Below, piece after piece: positions 25,061 to 38,536 of a DNA stretch of 64,000 bases. This DNA is from Octopus sinensis (Eukaryota). Location: assembly GCF_006345805.1 (NCBI RefSeq), contig NC_043018.1, forward strand, positions 27,838,001-27,902,000, in the 5' to 3' direction. A program made the translations under genes and the position numbers. Position 1 is the first letter of the stretch; each line of letters begins with the position of its first letter. A model generated the notes under the pieces. It saw nothing but the letters and a program-made list of their open reading frames with translations. It was not told the origin of the DNA and did not search any database.

Positions 25061-25098
25061 TCTTTAACGTTTCGAGCCTAAGCTCTTCCACAGAAAGA
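25061..25098 (-). ncRNA. Hammerhead-like motif, A6U variant
   Basis: Minus strand reads TCTTT-CTGTGGA-A-GAGC-TTAG-GCTC-GAAAC-GTT-AAAGA, with a 5-bp stem I, 4-bp stem II and palindrome AACGTT. It lies in a ~150-bp element between microsatellites. Confidence 0.55.
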
Positions 25099-26329
25099 AA
25101 TACAAAGAAACAAGGAGAGAAAAATGATATATATATATATATTATATATATATATGTAGAGAGAGAGAAGGGGGAGAGAATGAGAGAACGAGAGAGAGGG
25201 AGAGAGAGAAAGACAGATAGAAAGAGAGAGTGAGAGATAGAAAAGACGTAAATAATGTAAATTGTAGATTCATGAAGGAATCAAAAAGTGTATATGCATG
25301 AACGTGTTTTGTGTGTATACAAACGTGCTTAGACGTGTATAAACATGTATCTACACTTGCGCATGTGTGTAGGTGTCTATATGAAAATATGTGTGTTTGA
25401 AGATGTATATATGTGTGTAGGTATGTGCTTATGTAGAATGTTCGTTTGTACATGTGTATGTGTATACGCGTGTTGAAATGCATGTATGTGTGTGTATATG
25501 TGTGTCTATACAAGCGCGTGTGTGTATGCTTGGAAATATGTGCGATTGAATGAGTGTATATATGAATGGCAGTGTGTGGATACGCAATTAATCTCTGTGC
25601 GTGGAAAGGTGTATATATATATTCGTGTATGTGTGTGTAGCTGGATTTATACAGTTGTGTGTGTATATTCGTGTGTGATATGGATAATTGTGGAGTTATT
25701 TATTGAATTAATGGAAGGATTAATGACAACAACAACAACAGCGAAAGCGACAGCAATAACAAGAACCACACCAAAATATTTTAAACCGATAACAACAACC
25801 ACAATATCAACAACAAAATAACGGTAATAAACACAATATTTAATAAGTAACAACAACAACAACAACAAAGACTATTATAACAACCAGCGCAACCTCAGCA
25901 AGCAACTAACAGTGATAAACACAAAAGTAACAACAACAACAACAACAAGACAATAAGCATAAAATGTAGAAACCATAATAACTGCAATGTAACAACAGTA
26001 ACAAACGAACAGCAATAACAACAGCAATAACGAAACAATAAAATTTTAAACAACAACAGAAACAACAACAGCTGTGACTATAATGCCAACAACAAAACTA
26101 TGGCGATAAACACAACAATAATGGCGATAAATAGAGGCATAAGAAAATACAAATGGCGGCGTAATAAAGAAAATTTTTTCGAAACGATAGGATTAGCAAG
26201 ATTATTATTATTGTTGTTGTTGTTGTTGTTGATATTGTTGCTGTTGTGGGCGTTGTTTTTGTTTTTTGTTGTGGTTGTTGTCACTGTTGATTGTTGGCGT
26301 TGTCGTTGTTCTTACTAATGTTTTCTTCG

Positions 26330-26784
26330 CTGTCATCGTCGACTCCGCCGCCGCCTCCGCCGCCTCCGCCGCCGTCGTCGTCGCCATTGTCTTCATCATC
26401 ATCGTCATCAACATAATCGTTAGTAACGGCGTCGTCGTCGTTGTCATCGTCATCGTCGTCATCATCATTATCGTCATCATCGTCGTCATTATCGTCCTCT
26501 TCATCATTATCGTCGTTGTAATTGTCGTCGACGTCGTCGTCGTCGTCGTCATAGTCGTCGTCACCACCATCATCATCAAAATACTCTTTCGCAGTAGCAG
26601 CAGCAGTTGCTAACCCCATCGCTGTCGTCGTTGTCGTCATCGTCATCGTAGTTATCATCATCATCATCATCACGTCATCATCATCATCATCATCATCACC
26701 ATCACCATCATCATCATGATCATCATGATCATCATCACCATCATCATCACCATCACCATCATCATTATCACCATCAATATCACC

Positions 26785-26846
<62 letters not shown>

Positions 26847-26960
26847 ATTATCTCTACCACCGCCACCACTAACTACCGTCAACACAACGAACAGCACCAC
26901 CACCAACCACCACCACCACCACCACCACCAGCACCACCATCACCACCGCCACCGCCACCC
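26330..26960. repeat. Compound (GTC)n/(CAT)n/(CAC)n array
   Basis: Direct reading. Confidence 0.9.
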
Positions 26961-27131
26961 CCTACCGCCCTCAACCTTAACACATACCATCGCTATAACT
27001 CTATCCCCCGGAGCTAATGTTAAGTATAATGGTAGGATTATTTCTAAACCGAAAGATTAAAAAGCCGACTGCTTTCTTAAATACCTCTAAAGTCTTTGAC
27101 GTAGCTTTGTATTCTTACACACACACACAAA

Positions 27132-27163
<32 letters not shown>

Positions 27164-27271
27164 TACACACACACATGCACACACACACATGCACACACAC
27201 ACACAAGCAAATACACACACACATGTACGTGTGTGTCTGTGTTGCTCTTTTAGCTATTACGTCTATTTGCC

Positions 27272-27339
<68 letters not shown>

Positions 27340-27714
27340 CATTATTATTATTATTATTATGTTTTTGTTGCTATTGTCTTTCTTTTTGTTTTTGGTCTGG
27401 TTTTGTGGTTTTATTTTTCTGTTTTTCTTCTTGAAGAAATATTGAAGTCAAAATATTTCTTTCTGGTATTCCCTACCCAAATTTCTATTGTTGTTGTTGC
27501 TATTCTTATTGTCATCGTCGTCGTCTATGTTGTTGTTGTTATTGTAAATTGTTAATGTTACCGTAAAAATATTTATTTGTTTACTTAACCACTCCTTCCT
27601 TTCCTTCTTCCCCACCAACATTCCCTCAATCCACTCCTGTAATAATAGCTTTCTGCATAACGAATTAGATCTATGATGATGATGGTGGTGGTGATTATGA
27701 TGCTGATGATGATG

Positions 27715-27785
<71 letters not shown>

Positions 27786-27973
27786 AATAATAATAATATT
27801 TCGTTTTTGGATTTGGTTTGCAAGATTCTTTATATGAGTTCGTGTGTTGAAGCATATACTGTTGTGTCTGGGGAGAGTCATTCTCTTTTAGTGCCTTATT
27901 ATTTAACACACTCACCGGTAAAATTTCCACTTATTTCTTATTTTTATTTTCTAAAATTTTCGTCGTGTCTTGC

Positions 27974-28005
27974 AACCTTTTCAATAGTCGACTATTGAAA
28001 AGGTT
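27974..28005. repeat. Perfect 32-bp palindrome
   Basis: AACCTTTTCAATAGTC|GACTATTGAAAAGGTT. Confidence 0.9.
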
Positions 28006-28132
28006 CTTAATTTATCGACCCCGAAAGGATGTAAAGCAAATTCGACCTCATGGCCAGTAATTTAGGGGGAGGGGATATGTAGTTTACAACGGCCTCAGTG
28101 CTCAGCTGGTACTTATTTTATCAACCCTGATC

Positions 28133-29845
28133 CAGTCCTCATAGCTGAACCTATCGGAGAATTAGAGAAGAAATTCCAGTCATGGAAGCTAATGCTGTAA
28201 TTGAGAGGCCTTAAGGTTATCGTAGCAAAGACTACGGTTTTAGTAAGTAGTAAAGATGATAAGACACTGATACCTTCAGAGTAATGGCTTTGCTCAATAT
28301 GTAGAAAAGGGCTAGGTATAATCTCTCTAAGTTATACTCGATGTAAGCTATGCACACACAAGATATGTAGGAGAAATCACTGGGAGACTATCCGAAACTA
28401 TAAACTTCTTGTGTCTTAAATGCACTGGGGCAGTTTATACTAGTTTATACAAGCACATCAGAAACTGAGTCTCTTAACTTACCCAGATGGCTTATTGGTA
28501 GCTTTTGTTACCATTTAACTAGTAAAGGAAATGGTTGCTTTGAGTAAGTGTCTGCTAGAGTAAGAAGTGGTTGGAGGAAGTTCAAGAAGCTACTCTCACT
28601 GCTGACAATAGTGATCCTTTTCCTAAGAATAAGAGTGAAGGACAGATTGTATGATGTTTGTGTCAGAACTGCATTGCTGCATGGCAGTGAGACACGGTCC
28701 TTGAATAGTTGGACTTGAAAAGGGTGGAAAGAAAAAATTAAGCGAGCATGAAACGTTTGAGGTGCAATGTTAGTGTACGTGAAATAATTATTACAAAAGT
28801 GGTGAATAAATATCTGGGCATTAAAGGAATCAGATGTTGTGTTCGTGAAAGAAGACCGCGCTGGGATCGACATGTAATGTGTATGAATGAGGACAGCTGT
28901 ATAAAGAAGTGCTGTTCGCTTTATGTGGCAGGAACCTGTGCAAAAAGAAGATTCCAGAAGACATGCGGTGAAGTGGTAAAAGCTGACCTCAGGATTTCGA
29001 GCCAGGCGGATGTGATAACAAAAGCTGCGGGATGTCTGGCGATATATATTTCTCAAAAAGACTCGTCCACCTCAGCAAGACTGACTCCTTGAAGTGCTAT
29101 ATTCTGGGTTCTCCACCCGTTCCAGTGATCCCTCCCCCATCTCATGGATTATACCGACCTCTCCCTTAGCGACTGTATCACGTTTACTACTCCTACTACT
29201 CTTTCCCACATACTTCTGCATCCGTCTGTCTTCACTGTCTCGTGGTTCTTGTCTCATCCTCCCTTCAACCCAGGGACATTTTGGCAGTCAGCCTCTCCAT
29301 CCCTTATTCAACTTCCCCTCCAGTCTTGCAAATCACACACCCACATCTACTCGACTTGTGCCTTGTGGAGACACTTGGGTACCTTACCTTGAGTACCTTA
29401 CCTTGAGTACCTTATCTTGGGTACCTTATCTGTCTCGCAGCTGCTAGTGATCCTTTTCTCTGTCTCTCCCCAACCTTTACCCCTACTAGATGTAAGTAAC
29501 CGAGCAGGTCCCTTTGAAGGAATCGGCTCTGCTTCCTTCTCTCATAGCAATCCTCTCATCCTCATGCACGAAGCTGACCCCCTCCCATCAATACACACAA
29601 CTACCCCCAGGGCTCGTAGTCCTGTGAACTGTAGGGCGGCATCAATAATGTAGGTTGGTACAGAAAACATCCCAGTTCACGCTGAGAAGTGGTATGGCAC
29701 CCAACCATAGAAACTACACCAAAGCAAACCTCGGAGCTCGATGTAGTCCTTGGAAGCATATGATCCTGTCAAACTGTTCAACTTATGCCAGCATTGAACA
29801 AGGGCGCTAAATGCTGACAATGATGATGATGATAATGATGATCAT
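28133..29845 (+). mobile_element. Decayed 5'-truncated RTE-clade LINE with probable long 3' UTR and (GAT)n tail
   Basis: LIAEPIGELEKKFQSWK...GLKVIVAKT...WLCSICRKG...ARVRSGWRKFKKLL...RLYDVCVRTALLHGSET...GIRCCVRERRPRWDRHV...EVVKADL. Assigning 29070-29845 as UTR is less certain. Confidence 0.75.
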
Positions 29846-29901
29846 GAGGATGTTGACGACGGCGACACAAAACAATCAAGATAATATATATATGCAAGCT
29901 A

Positions 29902-29967
<66 letters not shown>

Positions 29968-30771
29968 TATATATATATATATGCCGTGTGTGTGTGTGCA
30001 TGTGTGTAATATGTGCGCACAGATCTATATGGGTATGCATGCATATATATTTATATACATTTATATTTATATGCATACATCTAACCATCCATCCATCCAT
30101 CTATCTATCTATCTATCTATCTAATTGTATATATATATATCTATATCACCATTTCATTTCCGTTGATATGTGTGCATGAATATATAATATATATGTGTGT
30201 GTGTGTGTGTTTGGAGTGTGTGCGTGTGTGACTGTGTGCGTGTGTGTGTACGTACGTATGTACATGTATGTATGTATGTATGTATGTATGCATGTATGCA
30301 TGTATGTATACATGTATATATGTATATATATGTATGTATGTATGTATGCAGGTACGTAAGCACTCATATATGTAACTATCACCATTTCACTTGCGTTTCA
30401 CTTGCCATATTCCGAAGAGAAATTTCTGAAAGAAAGTCAATCAAGCATTTTTGTAAAGAAAAATACGAAACTAAATTATGTAGCTTTTGACGTACCGCTT
30501 CACACAATGAATAGATTTCATTAACGGCACACGGTCATCTGCATTGCCAAAAGCAGAGAGTTATACGGGCTTCCCCGAGGCTAAAGAACGAAACATATGA
30601 CACCAATATATACATATAAGTATATATATATATATTTGTGTGTGTGTGTAGCACAGTTTATATATGTATGTATGTATGCCTGCAATTGCTTGCTCTGTAT
30701 TGTCGTGTTACCAAAACCACGTTATTTACTTTTATCTGCAATGATGAAATAATAAGAACAGATGCGTGTGT

Positions 30772-30824
<53 letters not shown>

Positions 30825-31153
30825 TGTGTGTTTGGCGGTGAGGGTGAGGAGATAGCGGTGGAATTTTCTAGCAACCGGTTTAATAAAGCGGAAAATTGTG
30901 GTTATTTTCTGTCGAGTTATATATTCGCCTGATTCTTTTCTATCAATCAAACGCATGTATGTGTTACATATGTATATAGATACATTCACCCTTCCCCTAC
31001 TCACGCGCACGCTATCCCCCTCTCTCTCCCTTTCCCTTTCTGTTTCTCAATCTCTCACACACACATATAGCTGTATATATATTTATATATATACATACGC
31101 GCATGCACATACGATTGTTCTCACATATACACATAAGATAGATGCATGTCTGC

Positions 31154-31190
<37 letters not shown>

Positions 31191-31517
31191 TATATATATA
31201 TATATATATTTGTACAACTCGATATAAATGTATGTGCATATATATTTGTGCGTATCTCGACGTATGTATGTATGTGTGCGTACATATGTATATAAACACA
31301 TATGTATATAAACACACACGTTTATATGTATGGATAAGTCTATGTGTGTACTTACGCATACATATATGCGTAATATGTATATACATATATGTATTGTGGT
31401 TTATGGATATATATATGTATATATATATATAAATGTTTGTATATAGGTATATGTGTATATATGTATATAATATATATATAGATATATATTATATATATAT
31501 ATTTATATATATATATA

Positions 31518-31558
<41 letters not shown>

Positions 31559-31629
31559 GCATACATACATATAAGCGTCTTTTATTCATAACCCTTAGAA
31601 GTCATAGATTGACTAAAAGGTCGAAAAAA

Positions 31630-31832
31630 GTGTTGGCAGTTTGATACAGGCTAAGTAACGAAATTCTCCGCCCTTGAGTCACTTTCTATCTTCTGTCGAT
31701 TATTAATAAAAGAAGCCATATATGTATTCATGTTTTAAGTTTTATTTTCCCATCAAATAAGTACTAGTTGAACACTGGGGCTGACTTGTCTCTTCCCACG
31801 AAATTGCTGGCCTTGTGCCAAAATTTGAAGTC
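31630..31832 (+). mobile_element. Decayed SINE family D
   Basis: AAATAAGTACTAGTTGAACACTGGGG...TGCTGGCCTTGTGCCAAAATTTGAA. Confidence 0.55.
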
Positions 31833-32165
31833 GATATTTAAATGCTTTTTCTAATATGTAACAAATTATCTTGAAATTTTTCTTGTAAAAAACACGCACG
31901 CAAACACACATACACAGCCACAAACACACACACACACATACAAACACATTATTGTTTAAGGTTGATGATTATTATGAATTTAAATGAGTTTGTCCTGCTG
32001 CAATCACTGGTACTTCATTTACAGATTTCTCACAGATAAAAAAGAAATATCAAGATGAGTTAGAATGGAGGGTAGTAAAATGGAACGAGGAACATTGATA
32101 GAGTCAGACACTGTTTGCATTAAGCCTATGATTTCTAATGGTTTTGTGACCACACTTTATATTTA

Positions 32166-33620
32166 GGTAAAGACCTCCTTCGGTCATGAACAACTATGGG
32201 ATTGCACATAGAAAGTTCCCCTCTGAGGCACAAGTCCAAGCAAGGTTGTTCATGGAAGACCAGCTGTCGCCCATATATTCCAGTCTCGTCTCTCCACATC
32301 ATCTCTCTATATATAAACGGCAAAATGTCTGTGTGTGTGTCCTTTATACAAATCCACAATTTTTCAGTTAAAGGGCTCGCACTTTCTATGGTCATTTAAA
32401 ACCATCCAAGGGTGGTCGTGCACATCTTTATATTTCCCTAGTCACCCCGCAAAGCCATTAAAAAATCAATAGAAGTGACTTTTTAGTTAATTTTTTTATC
32501 CAAAACCCAATCAAAATGCCCGAAACTTGATACGCCAATTGAATGCCAGCTAGCTGTATGTGATTGGTCGGAGATTTGGACAGTACTCGCGTGTATGTGC
32601 GCACGCACGCAGCTCTATATGCATGCACTAGCACTATGACCCGGCGTTTACAGGTCATAGTGATAGTTATATATACAAACGGTAAAGGGTAAAGACCCCC
32701 TTTCGGTCATGAACGACCATGGGATTGCACCTAGAAAGTTTCCCTCCAAGGCACAAGTCTGGGCAAGGTTGTTCTTATGGAAGACAAGCAGTAGCCCATA
32801 TATTCCAGTCTCGTCTCTCCACATCATTATATATACAAAGCGTAAAGGGTAAAGACCCCCTTCGGTCATGACCGGCCATGGGATTGCACCTAGAAAGTTT
32901 CCCTCCGAGGCACAAATCTGGGCAAGGTTGTTCTTATGGAAGACAAGCAGTAGCCCATATATTCCAGTCTCGTCTCCGCCACATCATTATATATACAAAG
33001 CGTAAAGGGTAAAGACCCCCTTCGGTCATGACTGGCCATGGGATTGCACCTAGAAAGTTTCCCTCCGAGGCACAAATCTGGGCAAGGTTGTTCTTATGGA
33101 AGACAAGCAGTAGCCCATATATTCCAGTCTCGTCTCTCCACATCATTATATTACAAAGCGTAAGGGTAAGACCCCCTTCGGTCATGAGCGGCCATGGGAT
33201 TGCACCTAGAAAGTTTCCCTCCGAGGCACAAGTCTGGGCAAGGTTGTTCTTATGGAGACCAGCAGTCACCCATGATTTCAGTCTCGTCTCTCCACATCAT
33301 TATATATACAAAGCGTAAAGGGTAAAGACCCCCTTCGGTCATGAGCGGCCATGGGATTGCACCTAGAAAGTTTCCCTCCGAGGCACAAATCTGGGCAAGG
33401 TTGTTCTTATGGAAGACCAGCAGTCACCCATGAATTTCAGTCTCATCTCACTACATCATTATATATACAAAGGGTAAAGGGTAAGAACCCCCTTAGGTTA
33501 TGAATGTCTATGGGATTGCACCAACAAAGTTACCTTCCGAAGCACAAGTCCAGGCAAAGTTGTTTTGATAGAAGACCGGCAGTGTCCCATGTATAACCAG
33601 CCTCCTCACTCCACGCCACC
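32166..33620. repeat. ~160-bp tandem array (7 units) derived from a SINE 3' end
   Basis: Units start at about 32166, 32688, 32848, 33008, 33165, 33321 and 33480. The last unit continues into the SINE body. Confidence 0.92.
32302..32666 (+). mobile_element. Non-autonomous Helitron (365 bp)
   Basis: A|TC 5' end and a 3' hairpin at 32627-32667 ending (C>A)TAG|T, with no TSD. The empty site CCACATCA|TTATATATAC is visible in sister units. Confidence 0.88.
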
Positions 33621-33812
33621 GATGTTATCTAAAGGAAAGGCAAAGGGGCTGATACAGCTTGGCACCAGTGGCATTGCAACTCATTTTTACAGCTGAGTGA
33701 ACTGGACTAAAGTGAAATAAAGTGTCTTGCTCAAGAACACAACACAGTGACCGGTCCGGGACTCGAACTCACAACCTTATGACTGTGAGCCAAATGTTCT
33801 CACCATGACACC
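33480..33812 (-). mobile_element. tRNA-derived CORE-like SINE (parent of the array)
   Basis: Minus strand has B box GAGTTCGAGTCCC and TTCTTGAGCAAGACACTTTATTTCAC. Confidence 0.8.
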
Positions 33813-33951
33813 TTGTTTTACTTCAATAAATTTGACATATTTTAGTGAAAAACCTACTACACACCTACAATACCCTAGGACAGTAGTACCCAACCAAGGT
33901 GCATAGAACCCGTGAGTGTCTATATAACATTTGGTTCTTAAAGTGCATATT

Positions 33952-34236
33952 TTGTTTGTTTGTTCCTTCTGGAGCCACACCTAGCTCATAAGGGCCGGTT
34001 TCCCGGTTTCCTTGGAGTATAGGTTCCCCACCTGGACGGGACGCTGGTCCGTCGCAGGTGAGCTGAGAAAGTTGTGGCGAAAGAGTCAGCAAAAGTTCGC
34101 CATTACCTTCTGTCGGAGCAACGTGGAGCTTAGGTGTTTTGGCTCATAAACATACACATAACCCGGTCTGAGATTCGAACCCGCGATCTCTCAACCGCGA
34201 GTCCGCTGCTCTAACCACTAAGCCGTGTGCCTCCAC
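33952..34236 (-). mobile_element. SINE family B with 12-bp TSD
   Basis: TSD AAAGTGCATATT at 33940-33951 and 34237-34248. Confidence 0.9.
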
Positions 34237-34765
34237 AAAGTGCATATTCAATTTATTGGTTAAATTTCTATAAAGCACAAACATTTTTTTACAGCTTTGT
34301 TTTATAAAATCCCTTTAAATATCTAATTATAAAAATACAATACGGCTGGTTTTAAACTTCGAATGGCTATAAAGGTCCAGTAAAGTAAAATAATCATCAA
34401 AGGGGTTCACAGGCATAAAAAATTTGAGCACCTCTGCCCCGGGGTTTCCCGCTTGGAAAGCACTGTTCGAAATGAACACTCGTTTTGTATGCAGCAGACA
34501 CAAGAAACTAAACGTATGCACAAAAGGTTTGTGGCATGAAATAATGACTGTAGTAATTAATTATTATTAAATTATATATTCGGATACATAATGTGTCTAT
34601 TTCTGTATGTGTTTATTAGTTGCAGGATTTCGTCCAGGGAAACTCCCATTTAGTCGTCGAGTTCTAAAAGCCATTTTTGCTTGAATTTAAGTTGTTTAGC
34701 GTCTTTTTAATACTCAAATTTCCGCACGAGGCCAGAATAATAATGATAACAACAAAAGCTCGATC

Positions 34766-34804
<39 letters not shown>

Positions 34805-34806
34805 TA

Positions 34807-34846
<40 letters not shown>

Positions 34847-34847
<1 letters not shown>

Positions 34848-36320
34848 GAGTGAGAGCAATACTCAGACAGAGCTGAATGCAAGAACAGGATCGAAGCAAT
34901 CAATGCATTAGCTATACCAGTCGTGACTTACAGTTTCAATATTGTTAACTGGTCAATTACTGAAATATCAGCTCGACAGAAAAAAGGAAACTGTTGACAA
35001 TGCATAGAATGCACCACCCTAAGGCAGATACAGAACGACTCCTATCTGCCAAGAAAGAGGGAGGCCGTGGTCTTTTTGCAACTGGCAATAACAATGAAGA
35101 TTGCTACAATTGGCCTAGACACCTACCTGAAAAACTCTCTGAGGACTGGATGTTAAAACTTGTCTCAAAACATGAAAACAAGAAAGCATCATACTCAGTC
35201 ACAAAACAGGCAAAGGTATATCTAAGTGAATTCCGAATACAACCAATTTCGGAATTAGAGATAGATATACAAGAAACAAGCACAGAAAAAGCTAGGCGCA
35301 TGAAAACCCGTGCCAAAACTGCGGCCTTAGATATTCTGAAATAATGGCAAGAAAAACCTCTCTATGGCAAATACCCCAAGAGAGCGAATAATGCAGATAT
35401 CGACAAAGCCCTGACCCATCAATGGCTATGGCCTCTGGCTTAAAATCTGAAACAGAGGGGTTTATCATAGCAGCTCAAGATCAATGCCTACCAACAAGAA
35501 ACTACCAGGCCAACATATTAAAGATCAGAAGCAGTCCAACGTGTCGTGTATGCAAGCAACAAAATGAAACCATTGACCATGTGGTCTCCAAGTGCAGTCT
35601 TCTAGCGCCTACAGAGTATCTCAACAGGCACGATAGAGCTGCACAATATATTCACTGGGTAATCTGTAAAAACCTGGATTTGCCCCATGAAAAAAACTGG
35701 TGGGAACCAAACCACCCCCAGTGCTTGAAAATGACCACATCTCACTCCTCTGGAACTTCACCATTCAAACTGACAGAAGATAGATGCAAATAGGCCAGAC
35801 ATCATATTGAAAGACTTCAACAAAGAACATGCCTCCTCATTGACATGACTGTCCCAATCGATATAACCGTATCTGTCAACCTACCTACCAAAAACTGAGC
35901 AAATATAAAGATCTTGAAATAGAAATCAGCAAAATGTGGAAGCTGAAGACTAAAACCATACCTGTTGTCATAGGTGCCCTGGGAATGATAGCAAAAGGGC
36001 TGATAGCTACCTAACTCAGATACCAGGAAACCCAAAAATGGCAGAAGTTCAAAAGATAGTGCTCATGGGAACTGCTCATATCCTACGCAAAATACTCTCT
36101 ATGTAATCTCAAGGTTTAAAACAAACATAATTTTCGGTTTTAAAAAAAAAAAAAAAAAAACTTTTTTTTTAGACATTCATTAGTACAACATCCCCACCCC
36201 CAAATATATGGCACACTAGGCATAACAACAACATGAACTTCCAACCCTGTTGTCTCTTGAGGTCTCTGGGTGAGACTTGGAGCCAACTTGTACAAATATA
36301 AAGCAAAAGTCAAACATAGA
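34847..36320 (+). mobile_element. R4/Dong-clade non-LTR retrotransposon 3' part in (TAA)n
   Basis: AINALAIPVVTYSF...HHPKADTERL...EGGRGL...LKSETEGFIIAAQDQ...CRVC...ETIDHVVSKC (CCHC)...RHD...RPDII (restriction-like endonuclease)...KYKDLEIEI...PVVIGALG. The ORF is frameshifted and (TAA)n lies on both sides. Confidence 0.92.
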
Positions 36321-36375
36321 ATAATAATAATAATAATAATAAAAATAAAAATAATAATTGTAATAATAATAATAA

Positions 36376-36932
36376 CTAAAGTCATTGAAGACAAAAATGT
36401 CACTATTCTCTGGGATTTTCCAGTCAACACCGTCATGACGATCCAGGCTAATCGACCAGACATAATTATTAAAGACAGGGAAGAAAATATTTGTCGACTA
36501 ATAGATGAGAGTTTTACTACTGATAAAAATATATCTGTAAAGGAATTTGTCAAATTATGTAAATATAAGGACCTAGAAATAGAGATACAAAAGCTATGGT
36601 ATCTTAAAGCAAGAACTGTTCCTGTTATTGTAGGTACCCTAAGTATGATAAAAAAGGATGTCAGGAATATCTAGACAACATCCCAGGAGAACCATATATC
36701 AGAGAAATCCATAAGACTGCGCTGATAAGTACTTCGCAGATTTTTAGAAAAATTCAATCAGTTTAAATGTCTGTGATGTGTTACATGAAGATATTTCGCA
36801 GCTGCCCCCGCCACTGCCCCTCACCAAGCATTCAGTAATACTGTAACATACATCTCTGTCCTTCATTCATTCTAGGACGCTGGGTGTGTCTCGGCAAGTG
36901 ATTTTAACAGATATGCAGATCAAAAGTAGATA
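36376..36932 (+). mobile_element. Second R4/Dong-clade fragment (endonuclease domain plus 3' UTR)
   Basis: KVIEDKNVTILWDFPV...ANRPDIIIKD...KYKDLEIEIQKLW...VPVIVGTL. Confidence 0.9.
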
Positions 36933-37033
36933 ACGATGATGATAATAATGTTGATGATGATGATGATGATGAAAATAATAATAATAATAATAATAATAAT
37001 ATGATAATAATAATGATAATAATAATAATGATG

Positions 37034-37067
<34 letters not shown>

Positions 37068-38018
37068 TAAAAATATAAATCATGTTGATAATAACCACAA
37101 CTGTAGTAACATCCCCCTCCTCCTCCTCCTCCTCATCATCATCATCATCAACACCAACAACAATAACAACGACAACAACAACATTGATAACAATGGCAGC
37201 ACCAGTTACAAAATTATCGACAAAGGTAACAACAGCAATAGCAACAACAACAACAAAAACAGCAGCAGCGGCACCAGCAGCAGCAACAACGAGAACCACA
37301 ACAACAGCAAAAGCAATAATGATAAAAAGTAACAACAACAAATATAAGTACTTACACAACAACCACAACAAAGCTTTGCAGTTTGTTTCACTTTCCACCC
37401 AAATAATCTTACTTAATTGGTTTTACGGTGTGAAGATTGCTGGTAAGAGGAGACAATTGCGGAAGCAAGACGAGATATATTGTTTGGACTACAAAGGGAG
37501 AGACACCCCATTCACTTCTTTCTCTACATAAAGCCTCTCTCTCTCTCTTTCTGTCTCTCTTTCTTTCTGCCTCTGTCTCTCTTTCTCTCTCTGTATAAGG
37601 AACGTGCATATATATTTATATATACATATGTGTTATATATATATCTATATATATATATATAGATATATATATAATATACCGACGCGCACAAGCACACGCA
37701 TGCACACATATACATATATACGTACATACATATTTACATACATACATTTATACATATATATATATACATACATATATACATATATATATAGTATATTATT
37801 ATATATATATATATATACATACCTGTATACATACATACACATATATATATCCATATATATATATACATATATATATACACATATATATCCATATATATAT
37901 ACATATATACAACAAGTATAATTATATATGTATACATATATATAATGTGTGCATGTTTAGGCATCGATGTCTGTCTGTCTGTCTGTCTACCTTTCCCTCT
38001 CTTCCTCTCTCTTTCTTT

Positions 38019-38049
<31 letters not shown>

Positions 38050-38503
38050 CATATATGTATGTATACATACTCACATGCACACACATATGCATAAATATAT
38101 CTATGTACATGTAAATATGTATATACATATATATACACACATATATGCACGCACAGATATATATATATTATATATATACATGAATAAAAGCTTGCATACT
38201 CACACCACATGTATGTCAAAATATAATAGCGTTCCTTATGTTTTCAGAATTAATATGTTTGTAAAAATGTGTATTAATCTTTCATTCTATTTCCCTTTAT
38301 ACATTTCTATCTTTCGCTCATTGTTCGCCCTACTTTCTACGTGTATGCGTGTGTGTTTGTGTGTGAGTGTGTGTATGTGTGTGAACACATGCACATAAAT
38401 TTATATATACATAAAAGAACATGTAAGCATATATATATAATCTATGTATTGTCTATGTGTGTGTATGTATGTATATGTATAATATATATATATATATATA
38501 TGT

Positions 38504-38536
<33 letters not shown>

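Noticed and set aside
32688-33480. CRISPR-like array, or a twister-like ribozyme in the 160-bp unit
   Set aside because: The units are contiguous near-identical repeats without unique spacers, and the context is eukaryotic. I could not fit twister pseudoknot pairings.
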